DNA of 64,000 nt from assembly GCA_903840935.1 (NCBI GenBank), contig CAIMHT010000040.1:1592-65591 (forward strand), in the 5' to 3' direction. The notes under the pieces were generated by a model that saw only the letters and a list, made by a program, of their open reading frames with translations, made no database searches and was not told the origin of the DNA. The translations under genes were made by a program, and so were the position numbers. The stretch comes from an uncultured Chlorobiaceae bacterium (GTDB lineage Bacteria; Bacteroidota; Chlorobiia; Chlorobiales; Chlorobiaceae). Each line of letters opens with the position of its first letter. Position 1 is the first letter of the stretch. Shown piece after piece: positions 1-9,188 of the stretch.

Positions 1-62
1 AGTACATTTGTAGAGTGGTTTCAGGCAACTTGAATAATTATAAATTCTAAAATTCATCGGCT

Positions 63-298
63 ATGGGACTCGAAACAATTGACATAAAAACAATAAAGGA
101 GTTCAAGCTATCAGGATTCCAAAGAACATGATGATAAATGATGACAAAGTGTACCTCAAAAAAGTTGGTAATACGCTCTATCTTATTCCATACCATAGCC
201 CTTGGCAGAATTTGATTGACAGTACAGGCTTTTTTACATCAGATTTTATGGACGAAAGAAATCAGCCGGATCAACAACAAAGAGAATCTTGAGACTAA
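63..298 (+). pseudogene. vapB: VapB/VagC-like antitoxin (AbrB/MazE fold), frameshifted
   Basis: ATG at 63 gives MGLETIDIK. Shifting frame in the A5 run near 86-90 gives NNKGVQAIRIPKNMMINDDKVYLKKVGNTLYLIPYHSPWQNLIDSTGFFTSDFMDERNQPDQQQRES, typical of VagC/VapB. TGA at 290 precedes a TAA at 296-298 that overlaps the next ATG. Not in the ORF track. Confidence 0.75.
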
Positions 299-324
299 TG
301 GAATACTTGTTTGATACAAACACC
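298..324 (+). pseudogene. vapC: N-terminal stub of a PIN-domain VapC toxin
   Basis: ATG overlaps the vapB stop (TAATG) and reads MEYLFDTNT, matching the PIN start motif (YLLDTN). Similarity ends after about 9 codons. Confidence 0.6.
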
Positions 325-344
325 CGCAACAAAACACTGAAATC

Positions 345-1186
345 ATGTCGAAGAAAAATATAATTCTATTTGAAAGCAAGCAAATTCGCAGGCAATACAA
401 TGAGCAAAATGAAATGTGGTACTTTTCAATTATAGATATTATTGAAGTACTGACAGGAAGCACTATTCCTAAAAGATATTGGAGCGATCTAAAAAAGAAA
501 CTAACAAAAGAAGGTAGTCAGTTGTACGAAGAGATCGTACAACTGAAATTTGCAGCAGCCGATGGGAAAAAATATGCTACCGACTGCCTGGATACACCAA
601 ATTTATTACGCCTGATTCAATCCATTCCTTCCCCAAAAGCAGAACCATTCAAACAATGGCTGGCCAAAGTAGGCTATGAAAGGATGAAAGAAATTGCCGA
701 CCCTGCACAAAGTTTGGATAGAGCTCGTGAAAACTGGCAGAAAATGGGCCGTAGCGAAAAATGGATTCAGCAACGTATGACTGGCCAGGAAACCAGAAAT
801 AAACTTACTGATTATTGGAAGGATGCTGGTATAAACGAACAGGATGAATTTGCCATGCTTACCAACATCATTCACAGAGAATGGACTGATTTAACGGTAA
901 TGCAACACAAAGATTTAAAAGGCTTAAAAAGTCAGAATTTAAAAGACCACATGAATGAAGCTGAATTGATTTTTCTGCATTGGCAGAGCTTTCGACCCGT
1001 CAAATTGCAGATAGTGAAAAAGCAAAGGGCTTAACCGAGAATGCAACGGCAAGTAAAAAAGGTGGGGCTGTAGCAAAAAATGCGCGCAAAGAATTGGAAG
1101 CAAAAACCGGAAAATCAGTGATTACCGGAGAAAACTTTTTACGGCCAGCAAAAGAGAAAAAAGAAATAGCACCAAAAAAGAAATAA
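345..1186 (+). pseudogene. Bro-N domain (phage antirepressor-like) protein, frameshifted near 974
   Basis: WYFSIIDII..LT, RYWSDLKKKL and LRLIQSIPSPKAEPFKQWLAKVG motifs. ORF 345-1034 continues in ORF 980-1186; adding one base at ~974 restores EAELIF(T/S)ALAELSTRQIA. Confidence 0.8.
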
Positions 1187-1277
1187 GCACATCATAATAA
1201 TTTGCTCTGCAATAAATAAGGCTTGTTTTGCAATATAGCGCTATAAAATATTAGAGACCAATCGAAATACAGACGCA

Positions 1278-1805
1278 ATGAAACAACAACGAATTCTCCT
1301 CTTCACTGGTAACGGCAAAGGCAAAAGCACAGCGGCATTTGGAATGCTGGCAAGAGCGCTTGGTCACGGTATGCGTGCCCGAGTGATCCAGTTTGTCAAA
1401 TCCGACAATTCGGTTGGCGAACAGAAATTCTTCAGCCAGCTCGAAAGGGTGGAGTGGGAGCAATTCGGCGAGGGATTCCTTCCGAGAGACAATGCAAGCC
1501 CAAGCATGGAACTGCACAGGGTTGCAGCACGCAAAGGGCTTGATGCGGCCATTGCAGCGCTGCATTCGCCCGATTACGACTTTTTGCTGCTTGATGAAAT
1601 ATGTTTTGCCCTTGGTCAGAAGCTCATCCCCCTTGAACCTCTGCTTGAGGTACTCCGTTCGGCAGGGAATGGCAAGATTGTGGTGATGACCGGTCGCAAT
1701 GCTCCGGAGGCGCTTGTTGCTGCCGCTGACACGGTTACCGATATGACGATGGTCAAACATGGTTATGAGCAGGGCATTGCGGCACAAAAGGGTGTTGAAA
1801 ACTGA
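1278..1805 (+). CDS. cobO: cob(I)yrinic acid a,c-diamide adenosyltransferase (CobA/CobO/BtuR)
   Basis: FTGNGKGKSTAAFG, VIQFVK, LLDEI, MTGRNAP and ADTVTDM..VKH..AQKGVE motifs. Confidence 0.95.
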   Translation: MKQQRILLFTGNGKGKSTAAFGMLARALGHGMRARVIQFVKSDNSVGEQKFFSQLERVEWEQFGEGFLPRDNASPSMELHRVAARKGLDAAIAALHSPDYDFLLLDEICFALGQKLIPLEPLLEVLRSAGNGKIVVMTGRNAPEALVAAADTVTDMTMVKHGYEQGIAAQKGVEN

Positions 1806-2848
1806 TGGGCATGAAGGGTTCACCGATTTGTGCCGACAACCGTTTTTTCGGCAAAGGCAAGGTCAAGGTCAAGGCAACATGGAGGGTGGTGCTCTTTTTT
1901 GCAATTTTTCCTTTGTTGCTTGCCCTCTCCCTGCTGCTTGGCCCTTCGGGTATTGGTATTCCTGATTTGCAGTCGCCTTCAGGCAGTGCAATTCTCTCGC
2001 TCCGGTTAAGCCGTCTCCTTATGGGGATGATGACTGGTGCTGCGCTTTCGGCATCGGGTGTGGTCTTTCAGGCATTGCTGCGTAATCCTCTGGCCGAACC
2101 CTATGTGCTTGGCGTGAGCGGCGGGGCCGGTCTTGGGGCCACACTCATCATTCTTGCAGGGTCGGGCGTGCTGGCAACCCTCAGTCTGCCGGTTGTGGCT
2201 TTTGTTTCCGCTGTTCTGACGCTGATGGTGGTCTATGGTATTGCAAGCCAGGGTTCAAGCGGGCAGCCCTCCGTTTACAGTCTTATTCTCAGCGGTGTTA
2301 TTGTGAGTTCGATTTGCTCAAGCGTTATCATGTTTCTGGTCTCTACGGCAAGTGTTGAAGGGATGCACAATGTGATCTGGTGGATGCTCGGGAGTTTGCA
2401 GCCGGTCACCGCCGGGCAGCAGCTTCTTTCGGCGGCGCTTATTCTTGGGGGGCTGGCTGGAATATGGCTGCTCTCTCCCCGGCTCAATGCCCTTGCGCTT
2501 GGTCGGGAGATGGCCCATTATCAGGGCCTTCATGCTGACTTTGTTATTGTTGTCGGCCTCCTTTTTGCAACGCTTCTTGCAGCAACAGCCGTCTCCCTTT
2601 CCGGCATGATCGGCTTTGTCGGCCTTATTGTACCCCATGTCATGCGTGCCATGTTCGGGCCGGATCATCGAAAGCTTGTTCCGCTGGCCGCTCTTGGTGG
2701 GGGAACCTTTCTTGTCCTCTGCGATGCCGTTGCCCGTACCTTGCTTGCTCCAATCGAGATACCGGTCGGTGTGGTGACCGCCCTTGCCGGGGGGCCATTT
2801 TTTCTCATTATTCTTCAGCGGAGAATGAAACAGGCGTGGATAGCATAA
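1805..2848 (+). CDS. btuC: FecCD/BtuC-family ABC permease, probably cobamide uptake
   Basis: FQALLRNPLAEPYVLGVSGGA, GMIGFVGLIVPH and EIPVGVVTALAGGPFF motifs; flanked by B12 genes. Confidence 0.88.
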   Translation: MGMKGSPICADNRFFGKGKVKVKATWRVVLFFAIFPLLLALSLLLGPSGIGIPDLQSPSGSAILSLRLSRLLMGMMTGAALSASGVVFQALLRNPLAEPYVLGVSGGAGLGATLIILAGSGVLATLSLPVVAFVSAVLTLMVVYGIASQGSSGQPSVYSLILSGVIVSSICSSVIMFLVSTASVEGMHNVIWWMLGSLQPVTAGQQLLSAALILGGLAGIWLLSPRLNALALGREMAHYQGLHADFVIVVGLLFATLLAATAVSLSGMIGFVGLIVPHVMRAMFGPDHRKLVPLAALGGGTFLVLCDAVARTLLAPIEIPVGVVTALAGGPFFLIILQRRMKQAWIA

Positions 2849-2850
2849 CA

Positions 2851-4116
2851 ATGGAACAGGAAGCCTTGACATTCAGAAATGTTTCTGCCGGATACAAGCA
2901 GAGACGGGTGCTCGATAACGTCAGTTTCACAGTGAGGGAGGGGGAGTTTGTTTCGCTTATCGGTCCGAATGGCTGCGGCAAAAGCACCCTGCTTAAAACC
3001 GCTGCGGCACTTCTGAAGCCCCTCTCCGGTACGGTTGAGCTTTTCGGGCAGGATGTCCAGCGTATCAAGCCAGCCGTCAGGGCATCACTGCTTGGCGTTG
3101 TTCCGCAGAAAATTGAGTCGCCCATGGCCTTTACCGTGAGCCAGATTGTGATGAACGGTCGAATCAGCTCAATGGGACGGTGGGGGAACCCCTCTTCGCT
3201 CGATCATGACCTTGTCGAGCGCTCCATGATCTACACCGATGTTCTGGGGTTGCGCGACCGCTTCTTTACCGAGCTGAGCGGGGGAGAACAGCAGCGCGTC
3301 GCCCTGGCGATGGTGCTTGCGCAGGAGCCGAAGATCATCATGCTCGACGAGTCGATCTCCCATCTCGATATCAACCACCGCCAGGAGGTGCTCCAGATTC
3401 TGATGAACCTCAACCGTGAAAAGCGGATGACCATTCTGCTGGTGAGCCACGACCTGACGCTTTCTGCCGGTATCTCCGACCGCTTTCTGCTCATGGAGGC
3501 AGGGACGCTCGCAAAAGCTGGAACGCCTGCCGAGGTGCTTGAGCCAGAACTGCTGAGCCGGGTTTATAACTGTGACCTCACGGTGCAGCAGGATCCCTAT
3601 ACCGGCTTTCTTCAGGTATCGGGCGCAATTGAGAGCCTGAGGCGACGCGGGAAGCTGGAGAGGAGTGTCCATGTTATTGCCGGCGGGGGCAGCGGTATTG
3701 AGCTTTACCGCCGACTCCTCATTGAGGGGTACGAGGTGACGACCGGTGTGCTGAACCGTCTTGATTCTGATGCTGAAGCGGCCAGGGCACTTAACATTCC
3801 TGTGGTGCTTGAACAGCCCTTTTCGCCGGTCGGCGCCGATGCGATTGCAAAAGCGATGGAGATGATTTCGAGCGCTGACGCAGTCGTGCTCAGCCAGGTG
3901 CCTTTCGGCTCAGGAAACCTGGTCAACCTTCAGCTTGCCGAAGCGGCCATTCAAAGGGGCAAAATGGTTTTGCTTGCTGCCGGTATCGGAGAGAGGGATT
4001 ATACCGAAGGCAAAGCGGCGGTTGATGTTGCTGCCCGCCTGAAACGTGCCGGGGCCCTCAACTGGAACTCCATTCATGAGCTGATGGCCCACCTTCAGCA
4101 ACAACCACATCACTGA
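2851..4116 (+). CDS. btuD: BtuD/FepC-type ABC ATPase with ~150-aa C-terminal extension
   Basis: Walker A GPNGCGKST, signature LSGGEQQR, Walker B IMLDE; extra domain begins VHVIAGGGSG. Confidence 0.88.
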   Translation: MEQEALTFRNVSAGYKQRRVLDNVSFTVREGEFVSLIGPNGCGKSTLLKTAAALLKPLSGTVELFGQDVQRIKPAVRASLLGVVPQKIESPMAFTVSQIVMNGRISSMGRWGNPSSLDHDLVERSMIYTDVLGLRDRFFTELSGGEQQRVALAMVLAQEPKIIMLDESISHLDINHRQEVLQILMNLNREKRMTILLVSHDLTLSAGISDRFLLMEAGTLAKAGTPAEVLEPELLSRVYNCDLTVQQDPYTGFLQVSGAIESLRRRGKLERSVHVIAGGGSGIELYRRLLIEGYEVTTGVLNRLDSDAEAARALNIPVVLEQPFSPVGADAIAKAMEMISSADAVVLSQVPFGSGNLVNLQLAEAAIQRGKMVLLAAGIGERDYTEGKAAVDVAARLKRAGALNWNSIHELMAHLQQQPHH

Positions 4117-4121
4117 CCGCC

Positions 4122-4922
4122 ATGATTTGTAAACAGCAATTTCCCTTTCGTTTCGGAACAAGCTCCTATATCATTCCCGCCGATATCATCCCCAATGTGG
4201 AGTTCCTCAAGGACAGGGTGGACGATATCGAACTGGTACTCTTCGAGTCGGATGAATTCAGCAACCTGCCTTCGCCCGCTGATATGCAGAAGCTTGCGGA
4301 GTTGGCTGAAGAGTGGGCGCTGACCTACTCGGTGCATCTGCCACTCGACGTCTATCTCGGCCATCCTGACCGCCGGGAGCGGGAGCGTTCAGTCGGCAAA
4401 TGCCTGCGAATTATCGAGCTGACCCGCGATCTGCCGAAATCAGCCTACATCATGCACTTTGAGGCGGGGCCGGGTGTCGATATCAACGCTTTTTCCGCAG
4501 ATGAAAACATACTCTTTACGGAGGCACTGTGCGATTCCATAAAAATGCTTCTGCAGGGGACCGCAGTACCGGTTTCAGAGTTCTGCGTTGAAAATCTCAA
4601 CTACCCTTTTGAGCTTGTCTGGCCTGTGGTCGAAGAGTTTGGCCTCTCTGTCACGCTCGATGTGGGCCATCTTGAATACTACGGATTCCCGACTGCGGAC
4701 TATCTCAAGCGATACCTCCGATATGCCAAAGTGCTGCATGTTCACGGCACAGTTGAAGGCAAAGATCACAATTCCCTGAGCTACCTTAAGTCGGAAGCGC
4801 TTGAGCTGCTTATTGGTGAACTGGCGCATCAACCTTTTGCCAGTCGTGTCTTTACCATGGAGATTTTCTCGCAGGAGGATTTTGACTCCTCCTGCAAAGT
4901 TATGGAGCGCTTCATTTCCTGA
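4122..4922 (+). CDS. cbiR: Cobamide remodelling phosphodiesterase CbiR (AP endonuclease 2 / TIM-barrel family)
   Basis: FRFGTSSYIIPADIIPNV..L..VDDIELVLFES, SVHLPLD, VENL, LDVGH, HVHG and DHNSL metal-binding motifs; operonic with cobO/btu. Confidence 0.85.
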   Translation: MICKQQFPFRFGTSSYIIPADIIPNVEFLKDRVDDIELVLFESDEFSNLPSPADMQKLAELAEEWALTYSVHLPLDVYLGHPDRRERERSVGKCLRIIELTRDLPKSAYIMHFEAGPGVDINAFSADENILFTEALCDSIKMLLQGTAVPVSEFCVENLNYPFELVWPVVEEFGLSVTLDVGHLEYYGFPTADYLKRYLRYAKVLHVHGTVEGKDHNSLSYLKSEALELLIGELAHQPFASRVFTMEIFSQEDFDSSCKVMERFIS

Positions 4923-4948
4923 GAGTTCACTCTCTACTCCAGATATGG

Positions 4949-7900
4949 TTACATCAGCAATGCCGGGTTGAGCTCAATGGTATCGGAGTAGACCAGTCGC
5001 GGCCAGACGGCTGTTTTGCTGACATTCGCAGTCATACGCAGAGCGGAAGCCGCTGTTGTGTCGAGGCCACGACCCGGATCAGCATTAAGAAACTCGTATT
5101 CCTCCACGACAAGCCGGTAGCGCTGGGCATCGCGTACCTGGGGAAGATAGATTTCACCATTCCACACCGTGACGGTTTTTGATACCTGCATTTCGCCCAG
5201 AGGCACCCATGGCTGGGCAAGAGGTGCCCAGACGGGCGGCTCGGTTCCGGGCATACAGATTTCAGCCCGGACGATGACGCGGTTCGGGCAGACAACGTTG
5301 TAACAGAGTCGAGGAGCAACTCCGGAGAGGGAGACGCGGACGCTGAACGGATTATTGGGATTCGGGCCGACCCAGACGAGACGTTCAGGTGTTGTTTGCA
5401 CGCAATCGGCGGTGAAGACGCGCGATAGCTCCGTTTTTACAACCGAACAGGGTTGATAGCGTGCCAGAGCAAGACGGATAAAAGGATAATAGGAAGGGCC
5501 TGCATCGATGGTAATGTCGCAATACCAGAGTCTCCTTTCAGAGTCAAAGGCAACCGGGTGGCCGGCTACAGCGACTCCCCAGTTTGGTTCTCCTGCCGGT
5601 ATTGCAGGATTTTCTTCAAGAATGAGGTCGGTAGCCCTGACGGTTGCATCCGGAAAGTGGTGGAGCGTTGGCGTCTGGTGGACCAGTCCCGAAAGCCAGA
5701 TCGGATCGCTGCCCCAGCGGGTAACAAACGGCTGAAGTGTCTCCGGAGGGACTGGCGCAGCAGGGCTGATGAGTGCCTTGACCTCGCCTCCGTTAAGGCC
5801 GTCTTGTGTGACGATCTGCGGGCCATGAGCAAGAATAACTCCAAGCAGTTCACCCTCTCCTGAAGAGAACCACTCTCCGCTCATGTAGACTCGGAGGCTG
5901 TTGCCGGTGCGACGCCGGAAGGCTCCGTCATCGCTGCGCTCTTCCTCCCAGCCGAATGTTGGAATGATGTATTCGATTTTTGGCGAAAGCGGGCGTGCCG
6001 AGCTGGGCACATCAAGAATGAAATCGGCTGGCCGCTCATTGGTTGCCGGTGTGGTGAACACAAGATCTTCCGTCGGTGATGGAGTAATGGTGTCGTCTTC
6101 GAAGTACTCACGGAATCGGGAAGTGGCTGAGGCCCAAAAGGAGATACGGTGGTGCCGGGTATCGCCAAGTTCATGACGTTCCGACATTGGAGAGTAGAGC
6201 AGTTCAGGATCGGTGACCTTGAAATGGCAGGCGTCGGCTGATCGATCTTCCAGGATAAATCCCTCTGGTCTGTCAAGCGCAGGCAGAACCTCTTTCCAGG
6301 CACTCCGAAAATCAACCTTCTCAGTACTCTTGCCGTGAACATGGAGCAAGCCGTTGAGGGTGAAGAATGTCTCTCCTGCATTTCTCCAGGGTGAAGCTCC
6401 CTGCAACTCCGGTGCCATAAGCGGGTTCTGGACGGCGTGGATAAGGGTAATCTCACGGAACGGGGTGATCATCCAGTGCCGGCCCTCAATGGCTATCTTT
6501 CTGAATTTATTGAGCCACGTGGTTGGCGTCGCCTCTCGAATCCATTGCCAGAGACCAAGCTTTTCAAGCGAGGCTGCGTCTGGCAGATTGCAGCTCATAC
6601 GAAGGGTTATGCGCTCGGCTTTTGGAAGAAAGATAACAAGTTCCCGATCGGTTTTTTTCCACTCGAAACCGGCAGGCCCTTCCTGAAGGATAATCCTGAA
6701 TGTGCCGGAGTGTGGCCATGCGGAGCCGGTGGAAAAAGTGACCGGAAAAGCCAGAGGCGCATCGACTCCGGGCAGTCCCATAAAGGTGGCTCCGCTGGCG
6801 ATCGGGTCGGGCAGATAGGGTGCCTCGTCAAGGGTTTCACCGGAAGGGAGAAACTCGGTAATGGTTGCTGCGTCGCGTTTTGCAAGTTCAGGATACCATG
6901 TTGTACCAACAGGAGGTGCCGTATCGATCATGCCATGCTGCTCGGCCATCTGTACCGAGGTACGGGGTGCAAGGATATGACGGCGAGTGGTCTCATCAGT
7001 TGGAAGAGAACTCTCGGCTGTCCAGCTCCGGATGACCAGTCGGTCAACGGATTCACCCGGCCTCAGCCCCGGATCACTCATCATTGCCGGAGAGGCGACT
7101 GGCTCGAAACGCAGATAAGGCTCGGAAGATGTTGCACCTGTTGCATCGAGATCTTCCTCAAAAAGTCGGCTGTTGCCCGCAATGTCGACAATTCTTGCCC
7201 TGAGCCGGTAGCTATGGCCGAAACGCAGTTTGGGAAGTGAGCCAGCCAGTACTTTGAACTTCGTATCAAGACCGATTGTGTTGGCGATATCGGTCGGTTC
7301 GTAACCCACGTTGTTGGTATCGTTTTTTACAATTTCCAACGGGTAGGCGTCTTCAAGCAGCAGGTGGTTCAAGCGTATCAGACTTTTTCCTTCCGGATTC
7401 TCTGCCAGAAGCTGTGACGTTACCTCACGCATGATGACAGCGGAAAACAGTTCGTCACTATAGATAGATCCGCTTTCGATAACGGCAACGATATCCTTTG
7501 CCAGATATTGTCCAAGATCTCTTTCAAGTGTCTCCAAATCAGATCCATCGCCGATATAGCTCGCCAGTGCAAGCAGGGTTTTTTCTTGCAATTTGCTTTT
7601 GAGAAAGCTTGAGAGATCGTCCGCTGGTAGCTTCATTTTTAGAGCGAAAGCTCTCATGTCGCTGAAAAAAGGAAGGGGTTTACGGATGGTCAGGCCCGGA
7701 TGGTTGACGACCAGACTCCATCCGCTCCAATGGAAAAGGGCTTCATGAAGATAGATATCCTTGCTTCCGGCGGGGTCGCTGCTGCTTGTGGGGGCTACAG
7801 TTACGGTACCCTCATCCTGAAGCTCTTTGGGAAGGATAAAGGTACCCGCCGGGTCACTGCTGTGTGAATAGGAGCCGGTTCGCTGGCATAATGAACGCCA

Positions 7901-9175
7901 TTAGCCTTTTGCTTCGTCGTAGATGTCGATGCGGTAACCCCGCACAATATCCTCGGCATTGAACTTGATGGTTTTGCGATCCGCTTCATTGGCGAGCAGT
8001 GTTTCAAAGCCTGTACTGTTCTGAAGTGTTTTGACCAACTCCGATGCCCGGTCGCTCATGAGTACCGTCATACCGCCGGAACGCAGTGCAGGAAGAGCTG
8101 CGGTTTTCGGTGTGCCGAGTACCGGAGGCTTGTGAATGCCGAGGTCGCCAAGCGTTTGCGTGAAATTGATGGCCTTGATGGCGGAGCCGTCGATATCAAC
8201 CTGGGCTACACTGAACTCATCGCCGGACAGGTCGAGATGCCCACTTATGATAAGTGAACCGGCAGCTTTTGCACTGAACACTTTGGCCGCATTGTTGTAG
8301 TCGTAACGGGTTGCAAGGGCAATTTTTGAATCCACTTCGTCGATGAGTGGATTTTCCGGCCAGACACGGACAACAGGCTCGGAAATGGTGCCAATACCTG
8401 CCGGAACTGGCAGTTCGAGATCGAAAACAAGAGCGAGGGCACGCAGCAGTTCAGGATAGTCGCCAAGCAGTGCCAGTACCTTGTGAAAATCAAGTTCCGG
8501 TTTTTTCGGGAGGTTCTCGTGCAATCCACCCTTGAAAGCATGGAAATACTCTGCCTGGTAGAAATCGAGCTGTACGGCATCATCGTTGCTGATGCCACTC
8601 GGGTAGTTGCAGGGTACAACACCGTTAGCAATCAGCGAATTGAGCTGCTTTTTCAGACGATCACGGGTTTCGGGGATGCTGAAATCGAGCAGCGAAAAGT
8701 TTGCTTTATTATGACGACCACCACCATACACTTCACGGGGTGAGGGAAGTTCTGTCGGGAAGTCGAGTGCTATAGCCGTGTACTGCTGCTTGATGAACTC
8801 CTGCACACGGAATGCCGGAAAAGAGCGTACAACAGGATGAGAGTAGTCCCCTGTTTTACGGTCACGCACGATAACGGGCGGCACGCCATTGAAGAATTTT
8901 TTCCAGAGGTCAGGCCTAAGCGTATTGACGGGTTGTACTCCGGTGGCAGTTGGCGTAACTGGTCCGCTGGTCGGATAATCGCCGAAAAGCACGGAAAACG
9001 ACCACGGTTTACCGGTCCAGTTGACGAAGTCGTTGAAGCTGCCAATGGGAGTGCCACCGCTTTCGGGAGTGAGACGAGGTGAAGCGCGGACGGTTAGTTT
9101 AAGAACGGGAGTAATCCCGTCGTCTGCAGTGCCGAAGCCGTTTGGCAGGGCGGTCCAGGTGATAAGTTGTTTCAT
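4949..9175 (-). pseudogene. Large uncharacterised protein (~1,408 codons) interrupted by a single in-frame TAA at 7901-7903
   Basis: ORFs 7901-9277 and 4949-7657 are in the same frame. The gap translates openly (EAKG*WRSLCQRTGSY...DEGTV...YLHEALFHWSGWSLVV...FFSDMRAF). Likely start MKQLITW at 9175 with RBS AGGAGAG just after the upstream stop. Confidence 0.85.
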
Positions 9176-9188
9176 GGTATCTCTCTCC

